Below are positions 13,195 through 24,404 of a DNA stretch of 64,000 nucleotides, in pieces. Within the stretch, counting starts at the first letter, position 1. Each line of letters begins with the position of its first letter. The notes beneath the pieces are model-generated. The model did no database searches. It was not told where the DNA came from and saw only the letters and a program-made list of their open reading frames with translations. The position numbers were made by a program, and so were the translations under genes. The stretch is from contig CAWBGA010000013.1 in assembly GCA_963788195.1 (NCBI GenBank), positions 256,001-320,000 of the forward strand, written 5' to 3'. Source of the stretch: Nitrospirota bacterium (GTDB lineage: Bacteria > Nitrospirota > Nitrospiria > Nitrospirales > NS-4).

Positions 13195-13785
13195 ATGGCT
13201 GATATGAATCCCCCTCCAAAGATAGACGGCGCTGTTAAGCGTCTTGCCCTGTCGGTTCTTTGCATCGTGATCGCGGCCTGCGGGGGTCCGACAATCAACG
13301 CCTTGCACGACCCCGAGGCCTTGTCGGACTTCGGGCGCTACCAAACGTACGCCTGGCGGCCGCACCCCTCGCCGGAGACCGGCGTGAACCCCGCTGTGGG
13401 CCCGCTCGTGGTCGGCGCCGCGGATGAAGCCTTGGCGGCCAAGGGTTACCGTCTGGCGGCCGCCGGCACCGCGGACTTCCTCATCGCCTGGCAGGTAACC
13501 ATCGAGGCCAAGCAGCAGGTGTCGGAAATCGACATCAGCCCACACTCCGTGGCTCCCGGGGGGCGTTTGCCCGCAGGACCGCCCGTACGCCGGACAGTCC
13601 CTCTCACTAGAGAGTTCAATGAGGGGACTTTGATTCTGGACATTATAGATAGCCCCACGCAGCGCCATGTCTGGCGGGGTTGGGCCCAGGGGGAGGTTCA
13701 GAAGGATGTCGAGCCCGGAGTGCGCGAAAAGCGGATCAGGGAAGCCGTCCGAAAGATTGTCGACAAGTTTCCGTCGAAGCGATAG
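13195..13785 (+). CDS. Lipoprotein, DUF4136-like
   Basis: Lipobox IAAC, DFGRYQTYAW, LAAKGY and EGTLILDIID..VWRG. Confidence 0.8.
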   Translation: MADMNPPPKIDGAVKRLALSVLCIVIAACGGPTINALHDPEALSDFGRYQTYAWRPHPSPETGVNPAVGPLVVGAADEALAAKGYRLAAAGTADFLIAWQVTIEAKQQVSEIDISPHSVAPGGRLPAGPPVRRTVPLTREFNEGTLILDIIDSPTQRHVWRGWAQGEVQKDVEPGVREKRIREAVRKIVDKFPSKR

Positions 13786-13811
13786 GGACACATCATGTGT
13801 GAGGTTATGCC

Positions 13812-14072
13812 ATGACCCTGAAACGAGCAATGGTTCTGGGGGTGGCCGCGCTGACGTTCACGTTGGCCGGCTGCACGACCTATTACAAGATCAGCGATCC
13901 GGCCGGCACCAGGGAATACTACACCACGGAAGTTGATACCACCAAGGCCGGCGCCATCCGCTTCACGGACGAGAAAACACAGGCCGAAGTCACGTTGCAG
14001 TCCTCCGAAGTAAAGAAAATCTCCAAAGAGGAGTTCAAGGCCGGAGTCAAGAAAGGGCAGGAGAAGAAGTGA
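13812..14072 (+). CDS. Small lipoprotein of unknown function
   Basis: Lipobox LAGC; RBS GAGG; 86 aa. Confidence 0.78.
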   Translation: MTLKRAMVLGVAALTFTLAGCTTYYKISDPAGTREYYTTEVDTTKAGAIRFTDEKTQAEVTLQSSEVKKISKEEFKAGVKKGQEKK

Positions 14073-14119
14073 GATTAGCCGCGCTCGCTCCAGTATGCGG
14101 GCAAGAAGCGCCGACGAGC
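13952..14119 (+). repeat. Direct repeat, copy 1 (blocks 13952-14021 and 14081-14119)
   Basis: Matches 20844-20913 (67/70) and 20956-20994 (36/39) by manual comparison. Confidence 0.9.
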
Positions 14120-14260
14120 CGCCTGAGGGGCATTGTGTGCCTTGCTTCCATTATAGATGTTGTGCTAGTTTCAGTCCCCCGCGTAGAAGGCCCGATTTCA
14201 CCCGCCTGTTGGGGGGTGTTTCTAGGGATCGCCCCGTACACGAACAGGGAGGACAACAAG

Positions 14261-15494
14261 ATGCATCCGACCAAAATTGTGAGCACGACTACCATGGTTA
14301 GTCCTCCTTTCAGGCCATACTCCGCTGCTAGGTTGAGCCCACTTCCGATAGCTCTGCTTGCATGTCTCGTGACGGCAGCCGGTCTCGGCTGCAAACAGGA
14401 GGCCTCTTCCACTTCCGCACAGGCCAAGCCTGAGGTCGAGGTCGTGGAGGCGGTGCAGAAGGATGTGCCGATTTATTCCGAATGGATCGGATCGGCTGAT
14501 GGCATGGTCAATGCGATTATCAAGGCTCAGGTGAGCGGATACTTGATGAAGCAAAACTATGTCGAAGGCGCGTTCGTGAAGAAAGGTCAGGTGTTGTTCG
14601 AGATTGACCCAAGGAAGCTTCAAGCGGCGCTTGATCAGGCAAAGGGGCAGTGGGAAAAGGCCCAGGCTCAGGTCGTGAAAACGCAACAGGATGTCAAGCG
14701 CGATACGCCGCTTGCTCAAGGCGGCGCGATCAGTCAGAAGGAACTGGACGACTCGACTCAGTTAAATCTCGCGGCGCGAGCGTCAATGGCGTCCGCAAAG
14801 GCTGCCGTTGAGGAGGCGCAGTTAAACGTTGCCTTCGCCAAAATCATCGCGCCCATTGACGGCGTAGTCGGGATCGCCAAAGCGCAGGTCGGGGATCTCG
14901 TCGGCCCCGGAGACGAGCTGACGTCTATGTCCACGCTTGATCCGATCCGAGTGTATTTCCCCGTCAGTGAGCAGGAGTATTTCGCAGCGGCCGAGAAGAT
15001 CCAGCAAGCCTACAAAGAACGAGAACAGAACAAGGACCGTCCGGGCGTGCTTGAGCTTATCCTGGGTGATGGCACAGTCTTTCCGCATAAGGGCAAGTAT
15101 TTACTCGTCAATCAGGCAAGTCGACGTGAAGACCGGAACCATTCTACTCGCCGCGCAGTTTCCCAACCCGGACAATCGTCTTCGTCCGGGACAATTCGCT
15201 CGGGTACGAGCCATCACCCAAACCAAAGAGGGAGCGGTCCTGGTTCCTCAACGCACGGTAACTGAATTGCAGGGCAGCTATCAGGTGGCCGTCGTGAATG
15301 CCGACGATAAAGTGGAAATCCGTCCCGTGAAGGTCGGTCAGCGAGTGGGCAACCTGTGGATCATCGAGGAAGGACTCAAGGCCGGCGACCGAGTGGTGGC
15401 AGAGGGACTGCAAAAGCTCAAGGCCGGTATGACGGTGAGTCCGAAGGTGTTCACGCCGGAACTGGAAGGCAAACAAGGCGATTCAAAAGCTTAG
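14261..15494 (+). CDS. RND periplasmic adaptor (MFP) lipoprotein, frameshift near 15118
   Basis: RBS GGGAGG; lipobox GLGC; AQVSGYL..VKKGQVLFEIDP; IIAPIDG; VDVKTGT..NPD..LRPGQF. Confidence 0.9.
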
Positions 15495-15540
15495 GCGTCC
15501 GCACCCTCTTCGAGCCACGAGTTAGGTCCGAGCAAGGACC

Positions 15541-18500
15541 ATGGCAAAATTCTTCATCAATCGACCCATCGTGGCGATGGTCATCTCCATCCTCATGGTG
15601 ATCCTCGGCCTCGTGGCGATGGTCCAGCTTCCCATCGCGCAGTTTCCCGACATCGCTCCACCGGAAATCCTCTTGACGGCCACCTACGTCGGTGCCGATG
15701 CCGTCACCCTCGAACAGTCGGTCGCCACCCCCATCGAGCAGCAGATGAGCGGGGTGGACAACATGATCTACATGTACTCCGTGAACGCCAGCAATGGGCA
15801 GACGAACCTGCGGGTGGACTTCGACATCAACACGGTCCCGAACGACGACCAGATCCTGACGCAGATGCGGTACTTGCAGGCCGAATCGCAACTGCCGCAG
15901 GAGGTAAGAAACTACGGCGTCACCATCAAGAAATCAACCACGAGCCCGCTGGCGCTCTTTTCTCTCTACTCGCCCAAGGGAACCTACAACGACCTTTGGC
16001 TGAACAATTACGCCTACATCAACATGAACGATCCCCTGACGCGCGTTCCGGGCGTCGGCCAAGTCACGATCTTCGGCGCCGGCCAATACGCGATGCGGTT
16101 CTGGGTGCGGCCGGACGTGCTGGCCAAACTCGGAATCACCGTCCCCGAGATCCTCAACGCGATCAAGCAACAGAATACGGTGAACCCGGCAGGACAGATC
16201 GGCGCCGAGCCTGTCCCCGCCGGGCAGGAGTTTACCTATACGCGTCCGCGCGCAGGGGCGGTTGCTCACCAAGGAGGAGTTCGAGAAACATCATCGTCCG
16301 GGCGAACCCCGACGGGTCGGTTGTGCGGCTAAACGACGTTTCCCGGATCGAGCTCGGCTCTCAGATGTACAACAACAAAAGCCGGTTGAACGGCAAGCCG
16401 GCCGCGCTCATAGCCATCTATCAGATTCCGGGCTCCAACGCGATCGACACGATGAACGGGGCGAAGAAGCTGATGGAGGAAATGAAGGGGCGATTTCCGG
16501 CCGACCTTGACTACGTGGTCGCCCTCGACACGACGCTGGCGGTCCGGGCAGGGATCAAGGAGATCGTAAAGACCTTGTTTGAAGCGCTGGTCCTCGTCGT
16601 CATCGTCGTCTACATCTTCCTGCAAGGCTGGCGCGCCACGTTGATCCCGCTTCTCGCCGTGCCGGTCTCCCTGATCGGAACCTTCGCCGTCTTTCCGATG
16701 CTCGGGTTCTCGATCAATACGCTGTCACTCTTCGGACTGGTGCTCGCGATCGGTCTGGTCGTGGACGATGCCATCGTGGTCGTCGAGGCCGTCGAGCACC
16801 ACATCGAGGAGGGGATGTCGCCGAAGGATGCGACCTTGAAAGCGATGGAGGAAGTCTCGGGCCCGGTGATCGCGATCGCGCTGATCCTGGTCGCGGTCTT
16901 TGTGCCGACCGCATTTATCCCCGGTATTACCGGCCGGCTGTACCAGCAGTTTGCCATCACCATCGCGTTGTCCGTGGTGATCTCGGCGTTCAATGCGCTC
17001 ACGCTCAGCCCGGCCCTCTCGGCGCTGCTGCTCCGCCCCAAGAAACCGGCGCGAGGCCCGCTCGGCATGTTTTTCGGCTGGTTCAATCGCTGGTTCGATC
17101 GGGCCACCGACGGCTACACCAGTGCCTGCGCCCACTTGATCCGCAAAGTCCGGACGCGCGATGGTCTTACTGGCGGTGTTCACGATTGCCGCGGGCTTCT
17201 TCGGCATGCGGCTCCCGATGGGTTTTCTACCGTCCGAAGACCAGGGCTATGTATACCTGAATGTCCAACTGCCCATGGCCTCGTCTCTTCAGCGAACCGA
17301 TGCGGTCTGCAAAAAGATCGAGGAGATCCTGAGCAAGACGCCGGGCGTGCAGTATGCCTCCACGATTGTCGGCTACAGCCTGCTCAGCAGCGTGAGCACC
17401 ACCTATAACGCGTTTTTCTTCGTCTCGCTCGCTCCGTGGGACGAACGCAAAAAACCCGAGGAGAAACTCCAGGCGATCTTCAAGCGTGTCAACCAGCAAC
17501 TGTCCGAATTACCTGAAGCCCAAGCGTTCCTCTTCCCGCCGCCGGCTATCCCCGGCGTCGGCACTTCGGGGGGCGTATCGTTCATTCTCGAAGACCGGGC
17601 CGGCAAGGACATCGCGTTTCTCGCTGAGCACACGCAGAAGTTCATCGAGGCGGCCCGTCAGCGGCCTGAAATCGCCGGCGTCAACACCACCTTCATCCCG
17701 AGCGTCCCGCAGGTCTCTGCGAAGGTCGACCGGGACAAGGTGCTGAAACAAGGGGTCGACCTCGGTGACGTCTATCAGACCCTTCAAACGTTTATGGGAG
17801 GGGTCATGGTGAACTACTTCAACCGGTTCGGGCGCGTGTGGCAGGTCTATGTCCAAGCCGAAGGTGAGTTTCGGACCCGTCCCGAGAACGTCGGCCAATT
17901 CTACGTGAAGAACGCCTCCGGTAATATGGTCCCTCTCTCCACATTGGTATCGATGGAGACGACGTCCGGGCCGGAATTCACCTTGCGCTACAACGCCTAC
18001 CGGTCCTCCCAATTGTTCGTGTCTGCGAAGCCAGGCTACAGTTCCGGCCAGGTGATGAAGGCACTCGAAGAAGTCTTTGCCCAGACCATGCCTACCGACA
18101 TGGGCTACGACTACATCGGGATGTCCTTCCAGGAGAAGGTAGCGGCACAAGGGGTACCGGCGAGCGCCATCTTCGGGTTTTCTCTGCTCGTTCGTGTTTC
18201 TCATTCTCGCGGCGCAGTATGAGAGTTGGACGTTGCCGTTCAGCGTGCTGATCTGCACGCCGATTGCGGTCTTCGGCGCGTTCGGAGCCTTGTGGGCCCT
18301 CGGGCTGGAAAACGATGTGTTCACCCAGATCGGCCTGGTGATGCTCATCGGCCTTTCCGCAAAAAACGCGATCCTCATCGTGGAATTCGCGAAGATGGAA
18401 TATGAGAAGGGCAAAACGATCGCGGACGCGGCACTCGCGGCAGCCCGGGTGCGGCTGCGCCCCATCCTGATGACGTCATTTGCGTTCATCCTCGGTGTTG

Positions 18501-18766
18501 TCCCGCTTGTCCTCTCCAGCGGGTCGGGGGCGCACGGGCGAATCCTCCTCGGTGTCGCAGTCCTCGGAGGAATGCTGGCTGCGAGCTTCATTGCGATCTT
18601 CTTGATCCCGGTCGCTTACTCCGCCATAGAGAGCCTGGTGCACCGCCATGATCACCCCACGCCTGGAGCACCGAAGCCAGGGCCGTCAGGCGATGGTGAA
18701 GCGCGGCACATCACGCCCTCACCCGACATCTGTTCCGCCCATGCCAGGTTCGAGGGACAGCACTAA
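15541..18766 (+). CDS. RND efflux permease (HAE1/AcrB-like), frameshifts near 16240-16285, 17150 and 18190
   Basis: FFINRPI, AIGLVVDDAIVVVE, GLSAKNAILIVEFA and RLRPILMTS. Confidence 0.93.
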
Positions 18767-18767
18767 G

Positions 18768-20240
18768 ATGCATCGGTTTATGCTGACAGCGGTAGCGCTC
18801 CTCTTGCTCAGCGCGTGCAAGATGGGGCCGGACTACACCAGGCCGGAGACGCCGACCGGAGACGCCTGGCGTCTGGCGCCGGCGACGGCGGAATCTTTCG
18901 CCAATTTGCCTTGGTGGGAGCTGCTCAAAGATCAAGAACTTCAGAAGTTGATCCGAACCGCGCTGGAGGAGAACCAGGACCTGCGGGTTGCCGTTGCCAG
19001 CATCGAGCAGTTCCGGGCTCAACTGTTCATCGCCAAGTATGACCTCATCCCTTCGGTTGGTTATGTAGGCAGCGCCCAGTACTTTCACAACACGAAGGAT
19101 GCAGTGGGCATTGGACCCGTAAACATTCCGGATGCATCCAACAACGATCGGTCAGGGGGAAGGGACTTCTCACATGAGTCCGCAACGGCCGGCGTCAAAT
19201 GGGAGATCGATCTCTGGGGCCGCATCCGGAGATCGATCGAAGCGGCTCGAGCCCAACTCCTTACGCAAGAGGAGAACCAGCGCGCGGTGATCATCGGATT
19301 GGTCGGCAATGTCGCCGAAGCCTATTTCGATCTCCGTGGGCTTGATTTGCAGGTAGACATCACCAAGCGGACGCTCAAGTCGTGGGAAGACAGCGTCAGG
19401 GTTTCCAGGCTCCGCTTTGAGCACGGCGACATTTCTAAACTCGATTTAAATCGATTCGAGGCGGAACGCGCGGGCGCCGCGGCGCAGCTGGCCGAACTGG
19501 AGCAACTGGTGGTCCAACAAGAGAATCAACTCAGCCTGTTGCTCGGGCGAAGGCCGATGCCGATTGCCCGCGGCCTCGCTCTTACAGCCCAGACCATGCC
19601 TCCGGAAGTGCCGCCGGGCCTTCCTTCGGCCTTGCTTCAGCGCCGTCCGGACATCGTGCAGGCCGAACAGGAACTGGTTGCGGCGAACGCGAATATCGGG
19701 GTCGCTCAGGCGCATCGCTTTCCGCAATTCGCGCTCACGGGCACCGCGGGGGTGGCTGGTTTTCAGCTGACGGGGACCTCGGCGGTGGGTCCATTCGGGA
19801 CCTTCGGGGCTTCCGCCGCTCTCACGGGACCGATTTTCAACGCAACGGCGCTGGGCTATCAGGTGCAGGTGGCGGAGGCGCAAACCAGGGGAGCCGTAGC
19901 CCAGTACCAAAAAAGGATTCTCACAGCGTTTAAGGAAGTAGAGGATGCGCTGATCGCCGTGCAAAAGTTGCGCGAGCGGCGGGAGGCTCAGGAGCAGCAA
20001 GTGCAGGCCTTACAGTCTTCATTGAGCCTCGCGACCCAGCGCTACCAGGGAGGCAGGGCCAACTATCTCGATGTCCTGACCGCGCAGCGGAATCTGTTTG
20101 ATGCGGAGTTGGCCCTCGCCAGGACGCGGCGTGCGCAACTTGTGTCAGTGGTCCAACTCTACAAGGCCCTGGGCGGCGGGTGGTCACCGGCTGCCCCTTC
20201 CGAGGCTCAGGCGCGGCCCGTGTCATCCTCACCGCGCTAA
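18768..20240 (+). CDS. RND outer-membrane factor lipoprotein (NodT/OprM-like)
   Basis: LLLLSAC-KMGPDY, WEIDLWGRIRR, LLQRRPDI and LYKALGGGW. Confidence 0.93.
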   Translation: MHRFMLTAVALLLLSACKMGPDYTRPETPTGDAWRLAPATAESFANLPWWELLKDQELQKLIRTALEENQDLRVAVASIEQFRAQLFIAKYDLIPSVGYVGSAQYFHNTKDAVGIGPVNIPDASNNDRSGGRDFSHESATAGVKWEIDLWGRIRRSIEAARAQLLTQEENQRAVIIGLVGNVAEAYFDLRGLDLQVDITKRTLKSWEDSVRVSRLRFEHGDISKLDLNRFEAERAGAAAQLAELEQLVVQQENQLSLLLGRRPMPIARGLALTAQTMPPEVPPGLPSALLQRRPDIVQAEQELVAANANIGVAQAHRFPQFALTGTAGVAGFQLTGTSAVGPFGTFGASAALTGPIFNATALGYQVQVAEAQTRGAVAQYQKRILTAFKEVEDALIAVQKLRERREAQEQQVQALQSSLSLATQRYQGGRANYLDVLTAQRNLFDAELALARTRRAQLVSVVQLYKALGGGWSPAAPSEAQARPVSSSPR

Positions 20241-20298
20241 TGTAGAGATTCAAAACGCCAACGACTCATCACACAACACAAACAAAGGAGAATCGCTT

Positions 20299-20787
20299 AT
20301 GACACTGTTACGAATCGCTCTGCTCGTCCTCGTCGCGGCGCTCGCGGCGCCCGCGATGCCCGCAACCGCCCAGGACAAGGGGATGAGCAATACGGATATG
20401 GAGATCCTCCGCCAGAAGATCAGCGCGGACAAGAAGCTGCTGATCGCGTCGAACATGGACCTCACCGAGCCCGAAGCCAAGGCGTTCTGGCCCATCTACG
20501 ACGCGTACCAGAAGGACTTGCAACAGATCAACGAACGGATCGTCAAGGGCCTCAGGGTCTATGCCGAGGCCTACAAAAAGGGCCCGCTGCCGGATGCACT
20601 GGCGAAGCAGCTGCTCGATGAAATGCTGGCCATCGAGGAGGCTGACGCCGCGCTGAAGCGGTCGTATACTCCGAAGCTCCTCGCGGCGCTGCCTGCGGGC
20701 AAGGTCGCGCGGTATATCCAAATGGAAACCAAGATCCGTGCCCTGGTGCGACTCGACCTCGCGGCAAACGTTCCGCTGGTGCCGTGA
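20299..20787 (+). CDS. Secreted helical protein of unknown function
   Basis: RBS AAAGGAG; Sec signal ending ATA-Q; LTEPEAKAFWPIYDAYQ. Confidence 0.8.
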   Translation: MTLLRIALLVLVAALAAPAMPATAQDKGMSNTDMEILRQKISADKKLLIASNMDLTEPEAKAFWPIYDAYQKDLQQINERIVKGLRVYAEAYKKGPLPDALAKQLLDEMLAIEEADAALKRSYTPKLLAALPAGKVARYIQMETKIRALVRLDLAANVPLVP

Positions 20788-20843
20788 CGGCTGTTCATCC
20801 GGAAACCATCAGGCTGGAAGGCTGACGATGACGACGAAGCGTC

Positions 20844-20994
20844 CGCCATCCGCTTCACGGACGAGAAAACACAGGCCGAAGTGACGTTGCAGCCGTCCGA
20901 AGTAAAGAAAATCGCGCTAGTCCTCTTGCTTCTCTGTTCGGCGCTGCTGCCGGGCGCGCTGGCTCCAGCATACGGGCAAGAAGCGCCGACGAGC
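20844..20994 (+). repeat. Direct repeat, copy 2 of 13952-14119
   Basis: Same two blocks as copy 1. Confidence 0.9.
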
Positions 20995-21848
20995 GAGCCG
21001 GAGGCGGCCGAGCCGATCGAGACAGACGATCCTGCTACCGCGCCTGATGAGGAAACCCGGAAACGTCGGCTGTTCAAACGGCTTGGGCCGCAGGTGCTGA
21101 CGCCGGAAGAGCAGGAACAGGCGTCGCGGCTGTCCAAGATCGCCGCGGCGCAAGGGACGGATCCCACGGCCATCGTCGGACGGTTCCAGCTTTCCACACG
21201 CTATATTGACCTGCCCGGCAACAGCCGGGTCACTACGCTGGTAGGTAGGCTGGACCTGGCCCTTCGCAACAACTGGCTGCTGCGGGTGGATGTGCCACAG
21301 GTCTGGACGGACCCGAATCTCCCGGGCGTCCCGAACCAGAGCGGTCTGAGCGATCTGTTCGTACGAACCGGCGGGCGTGTGTACTCGGCTCCCGGGTATG
21401 CCTTCTTCGCCGGGGTGGATTTTACCTTCCCGACCGCCGCCGACCCCCCGGACCGCCCCTGGGCCTTGGGAAGTACACGATCGGCCCGCTTGCCGCGACA
21501 GCTCGCGTGCTTCCCAATATAAATTCCTTCCTGTTCGGATTGATCCAGCATCAGACCACGATCGGCGGCGACCCTTCGAGAAAGGATGTCGAGTTGTCCC
21601 GCTTTGCACTCACTATGAATACTGTCTGGGCGGAGTGGTGGTGGACCCAGGCGCAGGGCCTCATCACACTGGACTGGAATCGCAAAACCAGGAGCGGCAT
21701 GACACTGGAATTCCAGGGCGGCCGCCGGCTCACTCCGAAGTGGCTGGTGTACGTGCAACCCGGCGTCGGGGTTTGGGGGAGAGACGTTTTTGGCAACTAT
21801 GACTGGACGGTGGAGGTTGGCTTCAGGCGCATGTTCGCGAGTTTTTGA
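20881..21848 (+). CDS. Putative outer-membrane beta-barrel protein, frameshift near 21460
   Basis: Signal-like stretch, DPT motif, GLSDL, amphipathic strands and C-terminal GFRRMFASF; start uncertain. Confidence 0.65.
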
Positions 21849-21991
21849 GATGACGCTGAAAGTGAAAGGACTCCACGGCGGCACGATGACGCCAACAACG
21901 ATGATGATTGCCCGGTCAGCGCGAACGCGATGCGCGCACGCTTGAATGACATGCTCAGTGTCCAGATGACACGCCTCGAGAGGAAGGAATT

Positions 21992-22744
21992 ATGAGACTC
22001 CAAAACCGCTACATTCAGTTCGCACTCGCTGCTGTGCTCTGTTTGATTCTGACGGCCTGCGCCACCGCCAGCAAGTGGCAATACCCGCCTCAGCCGCCGG
22101 GCACCTTGCTCGACAAGAAGGCCGCCACTACATTGCCGGCGCGGGTGGCAGTCCTGCCGCTTCGTGATGAGCGGGGCACTGCAACGCAATCCTACGGCTG
22201 GCTCGCCGCCATTCCCTTGGTTCCCTACGGGGTCAACTCCTCCGATCGGCCGGAAAGCGCTCAAGATCCCGGACCTGCTCCCATTGTGAAAATGGATCCG
22301 ACGAAGGATTTCCCCCGGGCGGTTGCCGACGAACTCCGGAACGCCTCCATCTTTTCCGGCGTGACGTTCGCCGAGAACAACGACCCCGCGGGGGCTGACC
22401 TGGTCTTGGCAGGCACGCTCCGTTCCACCAAGTGGCGACGATCCACTACCACCTACGGACTCGGCCCTGTCGGTCCCCTCCTGTGGATCCTGGGCGCCCC
22501 GATTGGGAACGGCACCAGCACCGTTGTCATGGATTACAACCTCACTCCGGCGAACGATCCCTCGCGCATCCTCTGGGCTTTTTCCATGGAGGCCGAGGAC
22601 CAGCACATCATCGGCATTTATTTAGGGCTGGAAGACGGGGGGGAGGGCTATGCGAGAGCCGTGCAAGAGGCCAGCCGGCAGGTCGTGCCTGACCTCATAA
22701 AAGTTGCCGCCGAGAGGCCAGACGACTTCAAGGCCTCCCGATAG
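21992..22744 (+). CDS. Lipoprotein of unknown function
   Basis: RBS GGAAGGA; lipobox LTAC. Confidence 0.8.
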   Translation: MRLQNRYIQFALAAVLCLILTACATASKWQYPPQPPGTLLDKKAATTLPARVAVLPLRDERGTATQSYGWLAAIPLVPYGVNSSDRPESAQDPGPAPIVKMDPTKDFPRAVADELRNASIFSGVTFAENNDPAGADLVLAGTLRSTKWRRSTTTYGLGPVGPLLWILGAPIGNGTSTVVMDYNLTPANDPSRILWAFSMEAEDQHIIGIYLGLEDGGEGYARAVQEASRQVVPDLIKVAAERPDDFKASR

Positions 22745-22790
22745 ACAGGACGGTCAGGGGGAAGTTAGGAAAACCAAAGGAGGGACGAAC

Positions 22791-23360
22791 ATGTCAAACG
22801 TGCGCCGGTACATCCGAACTATGGGAAGCGCGTTCATTCTCGCGCTAGCGACGACGACTCTGATCAGCCCGAGCCCGGCCGTCGCGGAGTCCGCCGCCGG
22901 ACTCGAGGCCGACGCCGCCGCCGCGCTGAAAGAGCTCTACAGGGGCTCGCCTGAGGCGAAGATGCTCTCGGAGAAGGCCGTGGCGATCCTGGTGTTTCCG
23001 AACATCGTCAAGGCGGGCTTTCTGGTAGGCGCCCAGTATGGCGAAGGCGTGCTCAACAAGAAGGGCGTGCCGGTCGGGTTCTACAGTTCCGTTGCCGGAT
23101 CGTACGGTCTGCAGGCCGGCGTGCAAGCGTTCGGCTACGCGCTCTTCCTGATGACGACCTCCGCGGTCAACTATCTCGACGAGAGTGACGGCTGGGAAAT
23201 CGGCGTCGGCCCGAGCATCGTCGTGGTGGACGAAGGCGTCGCCCGTTCGCTCACGAGCACGACACTCAAGCATGACGTCTACGCGTTTATCTTCAACCAG
23301 CAGGGCCTGATGGCAGGCATGGGAATCCAGGGCTCAAAGATCACCAGGATCAGCAAGTAA
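22791..23360 (+). CDS. Secreted Ysc84/SYLF-like lipid-binding domain protein
   Basis: LVFPNIVKAGFLVGAQYGEG, SYGLQAG and GLMAGMGIQGSKI; RBS AAGGAGG. Confidence 0.82.
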   Translation: MSNVRRYIRTMGSAFILALATTTLISPSPAVAESAAGLEADAAAALKELYRGSPEAKMLSEKAVAILVFPNIVKAGFLVGAQYGEGVLNKKGVPVGFYSSVAGSYGLQAGVQAFGYALFLMTTSAVNYLDESDGWEIGVGPSIVVVDEGVARSLTSTTLKHDVYAFIFNQQGLMAGMGIQGSKITRISK

Positions 23361-23364
23361 CTCG

Positions 23365-24384
23365 ATGAGGACCTTTGCCAAACAACTGGGGCGTTTCGTC
23401 GTCGCATTCGTCATCCTGGCTGCGACGGCGTGGGGTGCGCTAGCGCTGTTCTATACCGGGCCGTCCCCCCAAGCGCTGCGCTCTCTGCTGGCGGGTCTCT
23501 TCGGACTTGTGGGACTCGTCGCGGCAGTGGTCTTTCTGTTCTCGCGCCGGCGTTGGCGGGCGGCGGGAGCGTTCGCGGCGGTGTTTCTGTTGTGGGTTGT
23601 CTGGTGGAGCACCGTCCGGCCGTCCAACGACCGCGACTGGCAGACGGAAGTCGCGGTGCTGCCTTACGCGACCATCGCCGGCGACCTGGTGACAATGCAC
23701 AACATCCGCAATTTCGACTACCGCAGCGAGACCGATTTTACGCCGGCCTATTACGACAAGACGTTTGACTTGCGGCAACTCGATTCGGTCGATATGATCG
23801 CGGTCTATTGGATGGGCCCGGAGATCGCGCACATCATACTGAGTTACGGGTTCGCGGGCCGGGACTATCTAGCGGTGTCGATCGAGACGCGCAAGGAGCG
23901 CTCGGAAGAGTATTCGACCCTAAAAGGCTTTTTCAGGCAGTATGAGTTGTTTTACGTGGTGGCCGACGAGCGGGACGTCATCCGCGTGCGGACCAATTAT
24001 CGGAAGGACCCGCCGGAGGAGGTGTACTTGTTCCGCCTCCATGGTCCGACAGAGAATGCGCGGCGTCTCTTTTTGGATTATGTGCGCGAGATCAACTCGC
24101 TCAAGGAACACGCGGAGTTCTACAACACGCTGACGACGAACTGCACGACCAGCATCTTCATGCACACGCGCGTCAATCCGGGACATATGGCCTTGAACTG
24201 GAAACTTGTGCTGAGCGGCTACACTCCCGCCTATGTCTATGAACAGGGGAGGCTCGATACCAGCCTGCCGTTGGAAGAGCTCAAGAAGCGCTCGCGGATC
24301 AACGACGCCGCGCTGGCGGCCGACCACGCGCCCGACTTCTCCCAGAGGATCCGCGCCGGCCTGCCGGGCGTGAACAAGCCGTAG
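23365..24384 (+). CDS. Membrane-anchored DUF4105 protein
   Basis: Three N-terminal TMs, PSNDRDW, NIRNFDY, AHIILSYGF and FYNTLTTNCTT. Confidence 0.85.
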   Translation: MRTFAKQLGRFVVAFVILAATAWGALALFYTGPSPQALRSLLAGLFGLVGLVAAVVFLFSRRRWRAAGAFAAVFLLWVVWWSTVRPSNDRDWQTEVAVLPYATIAGDLVTMHNIRNFDYRSETDFTPAYYDKTFDLRQLDSVDMIAVYWMGPEIAHIILSYGFAGRDYLAVSIETRKERSEEYSTLKGFFRQYELFYVVADERDVIRVRTNYRKDPPEEVYLFRLHGPTENARRLFLDYVREINSLKEHAEFYNTLTTNCTTSIFMHTRVNPGHMALNWKLVLSGYTPAYVYEQGRLDTSLPLEELKKRSRINDAALAADHAPDFSQRIRAGLPGVNKP

Positions 24385-24404
24385 CCCGCACGCGGGGGCA
24401 AAGG

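Noticed and set aside
14069..14260. N-terminal extensions in the ORF track (also 18648, 20098, 22704, 41154, 47085)
   Set aside because: Downstream ATGs followed by signal peptides, most with a clear RBS, are better starts
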